A stretch of 63,294 nt of DNA, counting the filler. It is 3 parts of 3 records of this genome, joined end to end, with 100 filler letters (N's around TTAATTAATTAA, not from the genome) between each part and the next. Parts side by side here need not be neighbours in the genome. Positions count along the whole stretch, not along the records: positions 13,334 to 42,028 come from SRR2962707_1126; 2 more parts are not named here. One strand, written 5' to 3'. The notes beneath the pieces are model-generated. The model was not told where the DNA came from, made no database searches, and saw only the letters and a program-made list of their open reading frames with translations. The translations under genes and the position numbers were made by a program. Positions 19,221 to 30,254 of this stretch are shown here, piece by piece (position 1 is the first letter of the stretch; each line of letters starts with the position of its first letter).

Positions 19221-22200
19221 ATGTTAACTTCGTAAAATACAAATATCCTTTTTTGATTTTGGCAATACTCATCTTAGCTGGTGGGCTTTTTTCTTACCAA
19301 AAATTAAAAACAGGATTGTTTCCGGATATCACTTTTCCAAAGATCAAAGTAATTGCTGATGCAGGACAACAACCAGTGGATAAAATGATGACAGCGGTTA
19401 CCATTCCTCTAGAAAATGCATTGAGACGAACAGAAGGATTACAATATATTAAAAGTACTACCTCTCGTGGAAGTTGTGAGATTTCCGTATTTCTAGATTG
19501 GGATATGGATATTAATATAGCTAAATCTCAAATAGAATCCTATATTAATCAATCACAGGGAAGTATTCTCCCAAACACCAATTTTTTAGTAGAGAAAATG
19601 AACCCTTCCATATTGCCAGTTATAGGCTATTCTTTGGAAGGAGATAATTACTCTTTGGTAGATTTAAAGAAAATAGCTAAATATCAAATAAAGCCCTATT
19701 TGGCTGCAAGTCCAGGAGTTGCAGATGTGGTGGTGGTTGGGGGGAAGGAAAAAGAGTATCAGGTGGTATTGGATCCTGTAAAGTTCAATAAGTTTGGAAT
19801 TGGTATTTCTACAGTTAAGAATGCTATTGTCAATGCCAATATTCTTCAATCCAATGGGTATATTGCAGATCATAATCGTTTGTATCTAACACTTACTGAT
19901 AATGCCATAACTCAAAGAACCGATTTGGAAAATATCCCAATTATTAATACTTCCAGTGGATTTATTCGCTTAAAGGATATTGCTTCTATTGATATTAAAG
20001 AGGTAAAAGAATATGTTAGAATTTTGGCCAATGGGAAAAATACACCTCTTATTGCCATAGTGAAACAATCAACAGCCAATTTAATGGAGGTTACCACTGA
20101 AACAGAGAAAAAAATTGATGAATTGGCAAGCATTTTGCCCAAAGGAATTTATCTAAAACCTTGCTATAAGCAAGCCGATTTTGTAGGTGAAAGCATTCGT
20201 AGTATAAAAGATGTCCTATGGATTGGACTTTTATTAGCATTGTTTGTTGTTGTTTATTTTTTAAAATCAATTTCAGCAAGTTTATTGGTGCTGTTTTCCA
20301 TTCCTATTTCTTTATCGCTTACCTTGATTGGTTTAGATATTATGGGTTACTCGTTTAATATTATGACCCTTGGAGCTATTGCAGCTGCAATAGGCCTGAT
20401 GATAGATGACGTGGTAATTGTGATAGAACAAATCCATAAAATTAGAGAGGAAAATCTTGAAGAATCTATTGGAGGGATTGTTCACAGAAGTATTCAATAT
20501 TTATTTCCAGCAATGATAGGGTCATCTCTTAGCACATTAGTTATATTCATCCCTTTTATACTTATGACAGGAGTAGCAGGGGCTTATTTCAAAGTAATGG
20601 CCTTTACAATGGTTATTGCGCTCATTGCTTCCTTTGTCGTTTCGTGGTTGGTGTTACCCGTTTTAGCGATTTTTTTATCCAAGGGATCTCATAAAAAGAA
20701 TATAAAGAGACAAAGTACCAAATGGATACACTTTATTTTAAGGCGTCCAATTATTGGAGTTTTATTTGCTTTTTTATGTGTTTTAATTCTACTGGCTGTT
20801 CCTTCTAGATTAACCACGGGTTTTTTACCCGAAATGGACGAGGGGAGTATTGTGTTGGATTTTAATAGTCCACCTGGTACAACCTTGGAGGAAACCAACC
20901 GAATGCTTTCAGAGGTTAATCATATATTGAACAATCAAGAAGAGGTGGAGGCGTACTCTGCTCGTATGGGAACTCAAATGGGCTTTTTTATTACGGAACC
21001 AAACCGTGGGGATTACCTCATAAAATTAAAAGATTCTAAAAATAAAACTACAACAGCCGTAGCCGATGAAATAAGACAAAAATTAGAGATGTCAATTCCG
21101 CAACTTACGGTAGATTTTGGCCAGGTTATTGGTGATATGTTGGGAGATTTAATGAGTTCTGTACAACCAATAGAAATAAAAGTATTTGGATCGGATGTGA
21201 AAACACTTCAAATACTTTCAAAACAAATTGCTGCTGAGATAAAACAGGTGGATGGAACTGTTGATGTAAATGATGGAGTAATTGTTGCCGGACCTACGCT
21301 CTCAATAATACCAAATACCTATACACTTTCTCAATTGGGACTTACAGCAAATGATTTACAATTACAATTACAAACCCAAATAGAAGGGATGGTAGTGAGT
21401 ACTATATATGAAAACGAACAAATAGTGCCTATTCGTTTGATATATTCCAATATTAAAAATTTAGACATTGATAATATCAGGAATACTAAAATAATATTAC
21501 CAAATGGATCATCAATTGCTATTGATAAAGTAGCTTCCATAACTTTAGGAAAAGGAGTGGCTGAAATTAATAGAGAAAACCAAAAATCCATGGGGGTAAT
21601 TACTGCACGATTGGATCAGCGTGATCTAGGATCTGCCGTAGTGGAAATCAAGAATCTAATAACCGAAAAAATCAGTATTCCAAGTGGATATCACATAGCT
21701 TATGGGGGAGCTTATAAAGAACAACAACAGGCATTTCAGGAATTGTTATTAATTCTAATTAGTGCTTTTTTATTAGTCTTTATGATTATTCTCTGTTTGT
21801 TTCGAAAGCTTATTATTGCTATTATGATACTCATTATAGGAGTGCTCGGGGTTGCAGGTTGTTTGTTAAGTCTTTTTATTACAGGAACCCCATTGAATGT
21901 TGGAAGTTATACAGGGATTATCATGATTGTTGGGATTTTAGGGGAGAACAGCATCTTTACCTATTTACAGTTTTTAGAGACAGATACAAAGTGGTCTGTT
22001 TTAAAAAGGATCGAATATGCCATAGCTGAAAGGTTGCGACCAAAGCTAATGACAACTACCGCCGCAATGATGGCTTTGATTCCTTTGGCACTTGGTATCG
22101 GAACGGGTGCACAATTACATCAACCATTAGCTATTGCGGTTATTGGAGGGCTACTATTTGCTTTGCCACTTTTATTAGTGGTATTGCCTACAATGCTTGA

Positions 22201-22225
22201 ATACATTGAAAAAAAGAGAAAGTGA
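19217..22225 (+). CDS. RND efflux permease (AcrB/CzcA family)
   Basis: 1002 aa; FPDITFP, GLMIDDVVIVIE, FLPEMDEG, RLRPKLMT, QPLAIAVIGGL. Confidence 0.92.
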   Translation: MNVNFVKYKYPFLILAILILAGGLFSYQKLKTGLFPDITFPKIKVIADAGQQPVDKMMTAVTIPLENALRRTEGLQYIKSTTSRGSCEISVFLDWDMDINIAKSQIESYINQSQGSILPNTNFLVEKMNPSILPVIGYSLEGDNYSLVDLKKIAKYQIKPYLAASPGVADVVVVGGKEKEYQVVLDPVKFNKFGIGISTVKNAIVNANILQSNGYIADHNRLYLTLTDNAITQRTDLENIPIINTSSGFIRLKDIASIDIKEVKEYVRILANGKNTPLIAIVKQSTANLMEVTTETEKKIDELASILPKGIYLKPCYKQADFVGESIRSIKDVLWIGLLLALFVVVYFLKSISASLLVLFSIPISLSLTLIGLDIMGYSFNIMTLGAIAAAIGLMIDDVVIVIEQIHKIREENLEESIGGIVHRSIQYLFPAMIGSSLSTLVIFIPFILMTGVAGAYFKVMAFTMVIALIASFVVSWLVLPVLAIFLSKGSHKKNIKRQSTKWIHFILRRPIIGVLFAFLCVLILLAVPSRLTTGFLPEMDEGSIVLDFNSPPGTTLEETNRMLSEVNHILNNQEEVEAYSARMGTQMGFFITEPNRGDYLIKLKDSKNKTTTAVADEIRQKLEMSIPQLTVDFGQVIGDMLGDLMSSVQPIEIKVFGSDVKTLQILSKQIAAEIKQVDGTVDVNDGVIVAGPTLSIIPNTYTLSQLGLTANDLQLQLQTQIEGMVVSTIYENEQIVPIRLIYSNIKNLDIDNIRNTKIILPNGSSIAIDKVASITLGKGVAEINRENQKSMGVITARLDQRDLGSAVVEIKNLITEKISIPSGYHIAYGGAYKEQQQAFQELLLILISAFLLVFMIILCLFRKLIIAIMILIIGVLGVAGCLLSLFITGTPLNVGSYTGIIMIVGILGENSIFTYLQFLETDTKWSVLKRIEYAIAERLRPKLMTTTAAMMALIPLALGIGTGAQLHQPLAIAVIGGLLFALPLLLVVLPTMLEYIEKKRK

Positions 22226-22271
22226 TAAAAGGAATATTGATTTTTAAATTGAAAGAACTAACTTTAATACT

Positions 22272-22949
22272 ATGAAAATATTAATTGCAGAGGATGAATT
22301 TTCTTTACAGCAGTCTATTGCCATTTATCTTGAAAAGCAAGGGAATGTGTGCGAAGTGGCTTCAGATTTTAATGAAGCGTCTTATAAGGTGTCACTATAT
22401 GATTATGATATTGTTATACTGGATCTCAATTTGTTGACTGGGAGTGGGATTGATATCTTGAAGCAGTTGAAGAAGGAACAGGATGCTAATACCGCTGTTA
22501 TTATTATATCTGCAAATAATTCTTTGGATGATAAATTAAAAGGTTTGGATCTCGGAGCAGATGATTATTTAACAAAACCATTTCATTTAGCGGAGCTTAA
22601 TTCCCGAGTAAAGGCCATCTTAAGAAGGCAAAAGTTTGGAGGAGGTACAATTGTTGTTTTTAACGAGATTAAAATAGATACTGATGGACATTTGGTTACA
22701 GTGGGAGAAAAAGTGATTGTACTCACTAAAAAAGAATATGATTTGTTACTTTTTTTTGTAACCAATAAAAATAGGGTACTATCCAAGGAAATTATAGCAG
22801 AACACCTCTGGGGAGACAACAGTGATTTAATTGACAATTTTGATTTTATTTATGTGCATGTCAATAATTTACGAAAAAAACTCACGAAAGAAGGAGCAAA
22901 ATATATTAAAACAGCCTATGGAAGTGGGTACAAATTCATAGATGATTAA
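22272..22949 (+). CDS. OmpR-family response regulator
   Basis: ED..LDL..GADDYLTKPF receiver; winged helix LTKKEYDLL...VHVNNLRKKL...YGSGY. Confidence 0.93.
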   Translation: MKILIAEDEFSLQQSIAIYLEKQGNVCEVASDFNEASYKVSLYDYDIVILDLNLLTGSGIDILKQLKKEQDANTAVIIISANNSLDDKLKGLDLGADDYLTKPFHLAELNSRVKAILRRQKFGGGTIVVFNEIKIDTDGHLVTVGEKVIVLTKKEYDLLLFFVTNKNRVLSKEIIAEHLWGDNSDLIDNFDFIYVHVNNLRKKLTKEGAKYIKTAYGSGYKFIDD

Positions 22950-24206
22950 ATGAATAAGAATAGGAAAAAGGTAGGTCTCATACAAAAGACTTCCAATATT
23001 TTTATAATGGTAAGCTTACTGTTAATGTCTTTAAGTTCAATTGCGCTTTATTTTTATTTACGAAATATTTTGGAAGTGGAAATTGAGGAGCAGTTGTATT
23101 CTACAGCTGCTAGGATTGAAAGTTCACTGGAAGCGGGTAAAAATCCATATTCATTGCCGCCAGTAGTAGAAGTAGCTACTTCCAATAAATCTCTTCCTGA
23201 TATTTTGAAAGATACCTTAATTTATGACCCTTCACAAGATGAGATAGAACTTTTTAGGGAACTTTCAAGTTTTAAAAAAATCAATAATATTAATTATAAA
23301 ATCACAGTGCGTGATCTTGTAGTGGAATCTGAAAATATATTGATGGCCATAATTATTTCCTATTTATTAATTATTATAACGGTATTTGTAGTGTTGTATT
23401 ACTTTAACAAAGTAGGAAATTCCTATTTGTGGAAACCATTTTTTAATACGTTGGAACAAATAAAAGAATTTTCTCTATCCACTAAAGAACCAGTAGCACT
23501 GTCAATCTCTAATATTAGAGAGTTTAGTGAACTGAATACCCAAGTAAAAATACTTACTGATAAAGTAAGGGGAGATTATAACAATCTAAAGCAATTTACA
23601 GAGGATGTTTCCCATGAATTACAAACTCCCTTGGCCATCATGCAGGTTAAAATAGAGAGTGTTATAAATGATGCACCATTAAGCAACCAACAATATGATC
23701 AGTTGACATCCATTCAAAAAGATATTAAGCGAGTAACTCAAATGAATAAGGGATTGACACTGCTTACAAAAATAGAGAACAATCAATTTATAAACCCAAA
23801 ACAAGTTTCATTGACTTCTATCGTAGAGGGGAATATTGCTAATTTTAAAGAGATATTCCAACAAGATATTCAGTTCGTAAATGAAAATGAGCTTTTGGTG
23901 ACTATGGATTACCATTTGGCAGAAATTCTATGTAATAATTTAATTTCCAATGCTATTAAGCATCACATAGGTAGTGGGGATATAGTTATTGAAATTACTA
24001 AAGAGCATTTATCTGTATGTAATAAGGGGGAGAAACCAATTTTACATGCAGATCGGATATTCAATCGTTTTTATAAAGAAAATGAGAGTGTGAAATCCAC
24101 TGGTTTAGGGCTTGCCATTGCAAAGAAGATTTGCGATATGTATAATTTTAAGCTTACCTATACATTCGAAAAAGGATTCCATATATTTTTAGTTCAATTT
24201 TCATAA
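22950..24206 (+). CDS. Sensor histidine kinase
   Basis: Two TM segments; SHELQTPL H-box, NLISNAIKH, GLGLAIA. Confidence 0.93.
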   Translation: MNKNRKKVGLIQKTSNIFIMVSLLLMSLSSIALYFYLRNILEVEIEEQLYSTAARIESSLEAGKNPYSLPPVVEVATSNKSLPDILKDTLIYDPSQDEIELFRELSSFKKINNINYKITVRDLVVESENILMAIIISYLLIIITVFVVLYYFNKVGNSYLWKPFFNTLEQIKEFSLSTKEPVALSISNIREFSELNTQVKILTDKVRGDYNNLKQFTEDVSHELQTPLAIMQVKIESVINDAPLSNQQYDQLTSIQKDIKRVTQMNKGLTLLTKIENNQFINPKQVSLTSIVEGNIANFKEIFQQDIQFVNENELLVTMDYHLAEILCNNLISNAIKHHIGSGDIVIEITKEHLSVCNKGEKPILHADRIFNRFYKENESVKSTGLGLAIAKKICDMYNFKLTYTFEKGFHIFLVQFS

Positions 24207-24247
24207 ATAACTAAGTGTTAACCACTAAGTAATAATTTAATTTTCCA

Positions 24248-24282
24248 CTTTAAACCATCTTTAAATTTGCTTTTTAAGTTTA
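24248..24282 (+). promoter_or_regulatory. Operator/promoter motif 3
   Basis: CTTTAaaccat CTTTAA N10 TAAGTTTA upstream of TonB receptor. Confidence 0.7.
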
Positions 24283-24299
24283 TCCAAAATTCAGACATA

Positions 24300-26723
24300 A
24301 TGGATAAAATAAAGATACGATTGTTGTCTTCCTTTTTGGCAATATTTGGTGTTTGCGAAGCGCAGGAAAAAATAACAATTTCTGGAAAAGTAAAAGATAA
24401 TCAAACCAATGAAGTATTACCTTTTACTTCTGTAACAGTAAATAAAGAAACTTCTGAGACGTTTGTAGTAGGAACAATTACAGATGAAGCGGGTAATTTT
24501 CAGATAGAAGGATTGGCATTGGGAAATTATAGTATAAACATCTCTTTTGTAGGCTATGAGCAATCGCAACGGATGATTTATGCAAGCGGAATAAATACCA
24601 CTTTTAATCTAGGAGTAATTCCGTTGAATCCCACATCCGAAACTTTGGAAGCGGTGGAGGTTTCAGTAAAAAGAGAAGTGACCAATGCTGCATTAAGTAA
24701 AAAAAGTTTTTCACTTACCGATAATATTGCTAATTCTGGTGGCTCGGTATTGGAAGCTATGAAATCAATGCCCGGGGTTACTTTTGATCAAGATGGAAAA
24801 GTGTTGTTGAGAGGGAGTGATAAGGTTACTGTGCTTATAGATGGAAAACAGTCCAGTTTAACTGGGTTTGGAAACCAAAAAGGATTGGGAAATATTCCAG
24901 TTTCAAATATTGATAGGATAGAGATCATTAATAATCCTTCGGCTAAGTATGATGCCAATGGCTTGGCGGGAATTATTAATATCATCTATAAAGATGAGCA
25001 AGAAAGAGGATTAAATGGAACTGTAGGACTTTCATCTGGGATAGGGGCTTTCAGTAAGCGAAAGGAGGATCTCCCGATCGATCTGGGTTCTTATTATATG
25101 AATCCGAAATTAATTCCAAGCATAGATTTTAACTATAGAACTAAAAAGTTCAATTACTTTTTTCAGTCAGAATTTATCATTCAAGAAGCGCTTCCCAATA
25201 ATGAGTATACCACTAGATTCTATAATGATGGAAGGAAGATTACATCCCAAGTTCCTGAGAACAGAAAACAGTTCAGGGTTATCTTAAAAGGAGGTATTGA
25301 TTGGAATTTTAATGAGAATAATAGGTTTACTTTTTCAGGGATGTACGATAGAGAAAAACATATAGATACCTCTCAAGTAGCTTTTATCAACCTAGCCTCC
25401 AGTCAAAGAGAACGCTATTATAACTGGAAAGAAGAAGAGATAACAAGTAACATTAATGTGGTAGCAGATTATGAACATTCATTTTCGCAGCCTGGGCAAA
25501 CCTTTAATGCAAACCTACAATATACAAGAGGTTTGGAGGATGAAAGTTATTTTTTGAATGATAGTTCTTCCATTCGGTTGGGGAGGGATGTTACGCATAT
25601 AAAAGCGGTAGAACATACCCTGGGAGTGTCAGCTAATTACGCACAGGCACTAGCAGCTGGGAAGTTGGAGGTGGGCACCAAAGTTAGAGTTCGCCGTCTT
25701 CCTGTGGATTATATTGTTGAAAGAGGAAATAATTCAATTATTTATGAAGGGCTCGGGGATTATTCCGATTGGGGAGAGAATCTCTTTGCAGGGTATGCAA
25801 ACTTTGTATATGAAAGAGCACATTTTGAAATAGAAGCAGGTTTAAGAGCTGAGTATACCGAGGTTTTTTATACTCTCGACCCTACAAATATCTACTACAA
25901 TTCCAACGACGATTACGACTATTTTAAATTTTTTCCAAGTGTACGATATACTCAAAAGCTGAACCAAAATAACAATATATCCCTTTTTTATAATCGTCGA
26001 ATTGATCGTCCTGGAGAAGCAGAACTCAGGATTTTTCCAAAGTATGATGACCCTGAACTCTTAAAAGTAGGGAATCCCTATTTACGTCCTCAATACACAG
26101 AATCTATAGAATTGGCACATAAATTTTCATGGACCACAGGTTCTTTATTTTCCGCTTTATATCACAAAAAGATAACCGATGAATATCGAAGAATTTATAG
26201 TATTGATGATTCGAATCCAACGTATGATATTATCAATAGAATATATCAAAATACAGGAAAGACGTTGTCAAGCGGAATAGAAATACTTTTTAATCAGGAT
26301 ATTTCCTCTTATTGGGAATTGGGTATGAGTGCAAATTTTTTTAGAAATAAGGTAGCAGCTTATACTGGAACTGTCTTGTTTCCCTATGAAAGATCCTTTT
26401 ATATAGAAGAATCTAAGGCAAATGCTACTATTTTAAAACTAACCAATGAATTTCAGCTGCCTTGGGAGTTACAATTTCAAGTGGTAGGGCTTTATTATTC
26501 ACCAAAAAATATACCGCAAGGAAAGGAGCTTTCTCGTTCTTCGGTAGATATTGGAGTGAAGAAAGTCGTATGGAATAAAAAAGGAGAGGTTGCTTTTTCA
26601 ATGAGTGATATTTTTAATACTTATGGCATTCGACAAGAAATAAACGAAAGCGATTTTACTGCCTTATATCAGAATTATTATGAGACACAGATTGCGAGAA
26701 TATCTTTTAAATATAAGTTCTAA
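24300..26723 (+). CDS. TonB-dependent receptor / outer-membrane beta-barrel
   Basis: CarboxypepD_reg N-domain, plug (IDRIEIINNPSAKYDA), GNPYLRP, C-terminal YKF. Confidence 0.88.
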   Translation: MDKIKIRLLSSFLAIFGVCEAQEKITISGKVKDNQTNEVLPFTSVTVNKETSETFVVGTITDEAGNFQIEGLALGNYSINISFVGYEQSQRMIYASGINTTFNLGVIPLNPTSETLEAVEVSVKREVTNAALSKKSFSLTDNIANSGGSVLEAMKSMPGVTFDQDGKVLLRGSDKVTVLIDGKQSSLTGFGNQKGLGNIPVSNIDRIEIINNPSAKYDANGLAGIINIIYKDEQERGLNGTVGLSSGIGAFSKRKEDLPIDLGSYYMNPKLIPSIDFNYRTKKFNYFFQSEFIIQEALPNNEYTTRFYNDGRKITSQVPENRKQFRVILKGGIDWNFNENNRFTFSGMYDREKHIDTSQVAFINLASSQRERYYNWKEEEITSNINVVADYEHSFSQPGQTFNANLQYTRGLEDESYFLNDSSSIRLGRDVTHIKAVEHTLGVSANYAQALAAGKLEVGTKVRVRRLPVDYIVERGNNSIIYEGLGDYSDWGENLFAGYANFVYERAHFEIEAGLRAEYTEVFYTLDPTNIYYNSNDDYDYFKFFPSVRYTQKLNQNNNISLFYNRRIDRPGEAELRIFPKYDDPELLKVGNPYLRPQYTESIELAHKFSWTTGSLFSALYHKKITDEYRRIYSIDDSNPTYDIINRIYQNTGKTLSSGIEILFNQDISSYWELGMSANFFRNKVAAYTGTVLFPYERSFYIEESKANATILKLTNEFQLPWELQFQVVGLYYSPKNIPQGKELSRSSVDIGVKKVVWNKKGEVAFSMSDIFNTYGIRQEINESDFTALYQNYYETQIARISFKYKF

Positions 26724-26726
26724 CCA

Positions 26727-26761
26727 CTTAAACATTCCTTTAGAATTAGTTCCTAATTTTA
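26727..26761 (+). promoter_or_regulatory. Operator/promoter motif 4
   Basis: CTTAAacattc CTTTAG N10 TAATTTTA upstream of PepSY-like gene. Confidence 0.7.
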
Positions 26762-26789
26762 ATATTATTAACTAAAAATAAAACTTATA

Positions 26790-27242
26790 ATGAAAGTATT
26801 AAAGTTATTATTTATGGTGGTCTCAGTAACAGGGTTAAGTGCCTTTGCCATTAAAAAAGAGGTGCCAGAAAAAGTAGAAGAAGCATTTAATAAAAAATTC
26901 CCTGAAGCTAAGGCCGTACATTGGGATCAGGAATCTGATCATGAATGGGAAGCAGCATTTAAATATGGTGGACATCGGTATTCAGCCAATTTCATGGATG
27001 ATGGTACGTGGAAAGAAACAGAACATGACATTAAGTTGAAGCAATTACCAGACAGGGTTCGAATTTCCTTATTTCAAAAGTTCCAAAATTATAAAATTAA
27101 AGAGCAAGAAATTTCGGAAACAACTAATGGTATTCTATACGAATGTGAAATTAAAAAAGGAAAATCCAAATTGGAAGTAGCTTTTGATGAAAAAGGAGAA
27201 TTAAAGAAAAAAGAAGTGTTAACAGGAGAAGATGAAGATTAG
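26790..27242 (+). CDS. PepSY-like (BLIP/DUF2874-type) periplasmic protein
   Basis: VPEKV..AF.KKFP.A..V.W..E...WEA.F...F..DG.W.ETE repeat pattern. Confidence 0.8.
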   Translation: MKVLKLLFMVVSVTGLSAFAIKKEVPEKVEEAFNKKFPEAKAVHWDQESDHEWEAAFKYGGHRYSANFMDDGTWKETEHDIKLKQLPDRVRISLFQKFQNYKIKEQEISETTNGILYECEIKKGKSKLEVAFDEKGELKKKEVLTGEDED

Positions 27243-27262
27243 GTTTTGATTGTTTCGTATTG

Positions 27263-27298
27263 ATGGGATTTGAATTTATTTTCAAATCCCATTTTTTT
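27263..27298 (+). terminator. Rho-independent terminator
   Basis: ATGGGATTTGAA/TTCAAATCCCAT stem followed by a T-run. Confidence 0.85.
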
Positions 27299-27322
27299 GC
27301 AATAATCGGAATGAAATACAAA

Positions 27323-27357
27323 CTTTAATTTTCCTTTAGATTCTGGTACTAATTTTA
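27323..27357 (+). promoter_or_regulatory. Operator/promoter motif 5
   Basis: CTTTAattttc CTTTAG N10 TAATTTTA upstream of LTA-synthase-like gene. Confidence 0.72.
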
Positions 27358-27384
27358 CCGCTTAAATTTAGATGCAGTAATTTT

Positions 27385-29364
27385 ATGTGGTATTGTCCCC
27401 CTAAACGTTTTGAATTATTGAAGGTTTTTGTTCTTTTTTTTATAAGCCTTTCATTTGTTGTAAGATCAATTTTTTTATTGTGGAATTTAGGTGAGGTGGA
27501 TGTACATTTTATTGATATAATACGAATTTTTATAACAGGTTTGTTTTATGACTTGGGAACAATTTCGTTTTTTACCCTTCCGTATTTGCTGTATTTAATG
27601 ATTATTCCTAATAAATGGATTGGGAGTTTATTTGATCGAATAGCTACCTATACAGGTTTTACCATAGGAATATTGATGCTCTATTTTTCATTTTTTGCAG
27701 AAATTACATTCTGGGATGAATTCCATAGAAGATTTAATTTTATAGCAGTAGATTATCTAATCTATACCTATGAGGTAGTTCAAAATATAAATGAGTCCTA
27801 TCCCTTACCGATTTTAATTTCTAGCATCTTGTTATTGGCTATTGGTACCTTATATTTAATATATAAATGCAAGGTTTTTAAACATATATTTCTGACGCAA
27901 ATAACATTTAAAAAGAAAGTATTATTTTCTTTACCTTGGATTGTAATAGCCATTTGTTTTAGCATGTTTGTTTCCAATGAAGGTGCTGATTGGTCTAGAA
28001 ACCGGTACAATAATGAACTTTCTAAGGCGGGGATTTATTCCTTTTTTGCCGCCTTTAGAAATAATGCACTTTCTTACACGGAATTTTACAAAACCCTTAC
28101 AGAAAAAGAATCTCATGCTTTGGTTAGCAAACAATACGAAGCTTCTGGAAAATTGATTAATCCGAAAAAAAATCCAATATATAGAAATATTTCACGGCAT
28201 GATTCACTTCAAAGTGAAATAACCCCCAATGTTATATTTATTTGTGTGGAGAGTTTAAGTGCAAAATTCTTAGGAGTATTTGGCAATGAAAAGGGGCTTA
28301 CTCCGAACTTGGATAAGCTTTCTAAGGATGGGGTTTTGTTTTCAAATCTATATGCTACAGGAACCAGGACGGTTCGTGGAATGGAAGCCATAACCTTATC
28401 GATTCCACCAACACCTGGACGAAGTATTGTGAAAAGAGAACGGAATACGGGAATGTTTACTATTGGTGAAGTGTTTAAAAATAAAGGGTATACCCGTAAC
28501 TTCTATTATGGGGGAGATGGCTATTTCGATAATATGAATACGTATTTTAGTGGTAATGGTTTTAATATTATAGATAGAGGAAGAAATTTTTTGATTGGAG
28601 ATGAGATAGAAACCATTAGGACGAATATTAATGATGAAGAAGTAAGTTTTGAAAATGCTTGGGGTGTATGCGATGAGGATCTTTTTAGTAAAGTCTTACA
28701 ACAAGCAGATTTGCAGACTGTTAATGGAACACCTTTTTTTGACTTTATCATGACTACTTCTAATCATAAACCTTATACCTATCCTAATGGAAAAATAGAC
28801 ATCCCGTCGGGGAGTGGTCGCGATGGAGCCGTTAAATATACAGATTATGCGATTGGAAAGTTTATTGAAAAAGCTAAAACAAAGCCGTGGTTTAAAAATA
28901 CTGTATTTGTGATTATGAGTGATCATTGTGCCAGTAGTGCTGGAAGGTGGGAATTAGATGTTAAGAATTATCATATTCCTGCTATTATCTACAACCTGCC
29001 TAATAAACACTCAGAAAAGGTTGAGAAACTCTGTTCTCAAATCGATCTTTTCCCAACACTATTCGGTTATTTTAATTGGGAGTATAGTTCAAACTTCTTT
29101 GGGCAGGATATCACAAATAAAGCTTCAGATAGGGAAAGGGCTTTTATTGGAAATTATAGAAAACTTGGACTTTTAAAAGGAAATGATGTAATGATCCTTG
29201 GAGACCAAAAAACTGCTAATTTTTATACATGGGATGATAAAACCAATGAACTGACGAAACAAACATTATCCAATGACTATTTAAATCAGACCATATCTTT
29301 TTATCAAACTGCCGATGATTTATATACCAGCGGTAAGCTCACTTTAAAAAGTTTAAACAAATGA
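27385..29364 (+). CDS. LTA synthase / OpgB-like phosphoglycerol transferase (sulfatase superfamily)
   Basis: Five N-terminal TMs; NVIFICVESL, TGTRTVRG (catalytic Thr), TTSNH.PY, SDH, SQIDLFPTL. Confidence 0.88.
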   Translation: MWYCPPKRFELLKVFVLFFISLSFVVRSIFLLWNLGEVDVHFIDIIRIFITGLFYDLGTISFFTLPYLLYLMIIPNKWIGSLFDRIATYTGFTIGILMLYFSFFAEITFWDEFHRRFNFIAVDYLIYTYEVVQNINESYPLPILISSILLLAIGTLYLIYKCKVFKHIFLTQITFKKKVLFSLPWIVIAICFSMFVSNEGADWSRNRYNNELSKAGIYSFFAAFRNNALSYTEFYKTLTEKESHALVSKQYEASGKLINPKKNPIYRNISRHDSLQSEITPNVIFICVESLSAKFLGVFGNEKGLTPNLDKLSKDGVLFSNLYATGTRTVRGMEAITLSIPPTPGRSIVKRERNTGMFTIGEVFKNKGYTRNFYYGGDGYFDNMNTYFSGNGFNIIDRGRNFLIGDEIETIRTNINDEEVSFENAWGVCDEDLFSKVLQQADLQTVNGTPFFDFIMTTSNHKPYTYPNGKIDIPSGSGRDGAVKYTDYAIGKFIEKAKTKPWFKNTVFVIMSDHCASSAGRWELDVKNYHIPAIIYNLPNKHSEKVEKLCSQIDLFPTLFGYFNWEYSSNFFGQDITNKASDRERAFIGNYRKLGLLKGNDVMILGDQKTANFYTWDDKTNELTKQTLSNDYLNQTISFYQTADDLYTSGKLTLKSLNK

Positions 29365-30242
29365 AAAAAATTCATTTCATTGTAAATCCAATTGCAGGAA
29401 AAGGGAATAAACATATTGATGAAACGCTTTTGAGCAGCTATTTTTCAAAAGACCATTATGAGGTGAGAGTTAAGAGTACAAAGTATAAAGGTGAGGCTGT
29501 AGTGCTGACCCAAGAATCTGTTAGCCAAGGTGCCACTATTATTGTAGCATGTGGTGGTGATGGAACCGTTAATGAGGTAGCTTCTGTCTTAGTGAATTCT
29601 CAATGCATCTTAGGGATTGTACCCATTGGTTCTGGAAATGGATTGGCTTCTCATTTGAAAATACCTAAAGATATTGAAAAGGCACTTTTACTGATTCAGC
29701 ATGAGATAACAACCAGAATTGATGTAGGAAGCTGCAATGGCACTTATTTTTTTAGTAATACAGGCTTTGGATTTGATGCAAAAGTAATACGAAGGTATGA
29801 AGGTTTTACTGGGCGTACCCTTAATAGTTATTTAAAAGCTTGTGTTGTTACTTTTTTTAATAATAAGAATGAAGATTCTCTTGTAGTAACCATTAACGGA
29901 ACAAAAAAGTATAAAGACCCATTTTTAATTTTTGCATCAAACTCCAATGAATTGGGCTATAATTTTAGTCTTACGCCAAAAGCATCACTACAAGATGGTC
30001 TTTTGGATGTTCTTATAATCCCAAAGATGCAGAAGCTACAGTTAGTATGGTTTGGGGTAATGTTAATTTTTAAAAGACATCTAGGTTTAAATGGAGTGGT
30101 TAGTTATCAAACAAATAAGCTAGATATAATAAGAAATGAAGGAAGGTATTTTGAATCTCAAATGGATGGTGAATATAAAACTTTAGAAGAAATAGAGGTA
30201 TCTATTGAATTATTGAAAGACTCAATTATAGTAATCAATTAA
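29361..30242 (+). CDS. Diacylglycerol/lipid kinase (DgkB/YegS family)
   Basis: IVNPIAG, GGDGTVNEV, P.GSGNGLA, G.GFDA, DGLLD, DGE. Confidence 0.9.
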   Translation: MKKIHFIVNPIAGKGNKHIDETLLSSYFSKDHYEVRVKSTKYKGEAVVLTQESVSQGATIIVACGGDGTVNEVASVLVNSQCILGIVPIGSGNGLASHLKIPKDIEKALLLIQHEITTRIDVGSCNGTYFFSNTGFGFDAKVIRRYEGFTGRTLNSYLKACVVTFFNNKNEDSLVVTINGTKKYKDPFLIFASNSNELGYNFSLTPKASLQDGLLDVLIIPKMQKLQLVWFGVMLIFKRHLGLNGVVSYQTNKLDIIRNEGRYFESQMDGEYKTLEEIEVSIELLKDSIIVIN

Positions 30243-30254
30243 TATTCACTTAAA

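Noticed and set aside
22232-22266. Seventh operator copy upstream of the response regulator
   Set aside because: A TAACTTTA box is present, but the CTTTA tandem and spacing do not match
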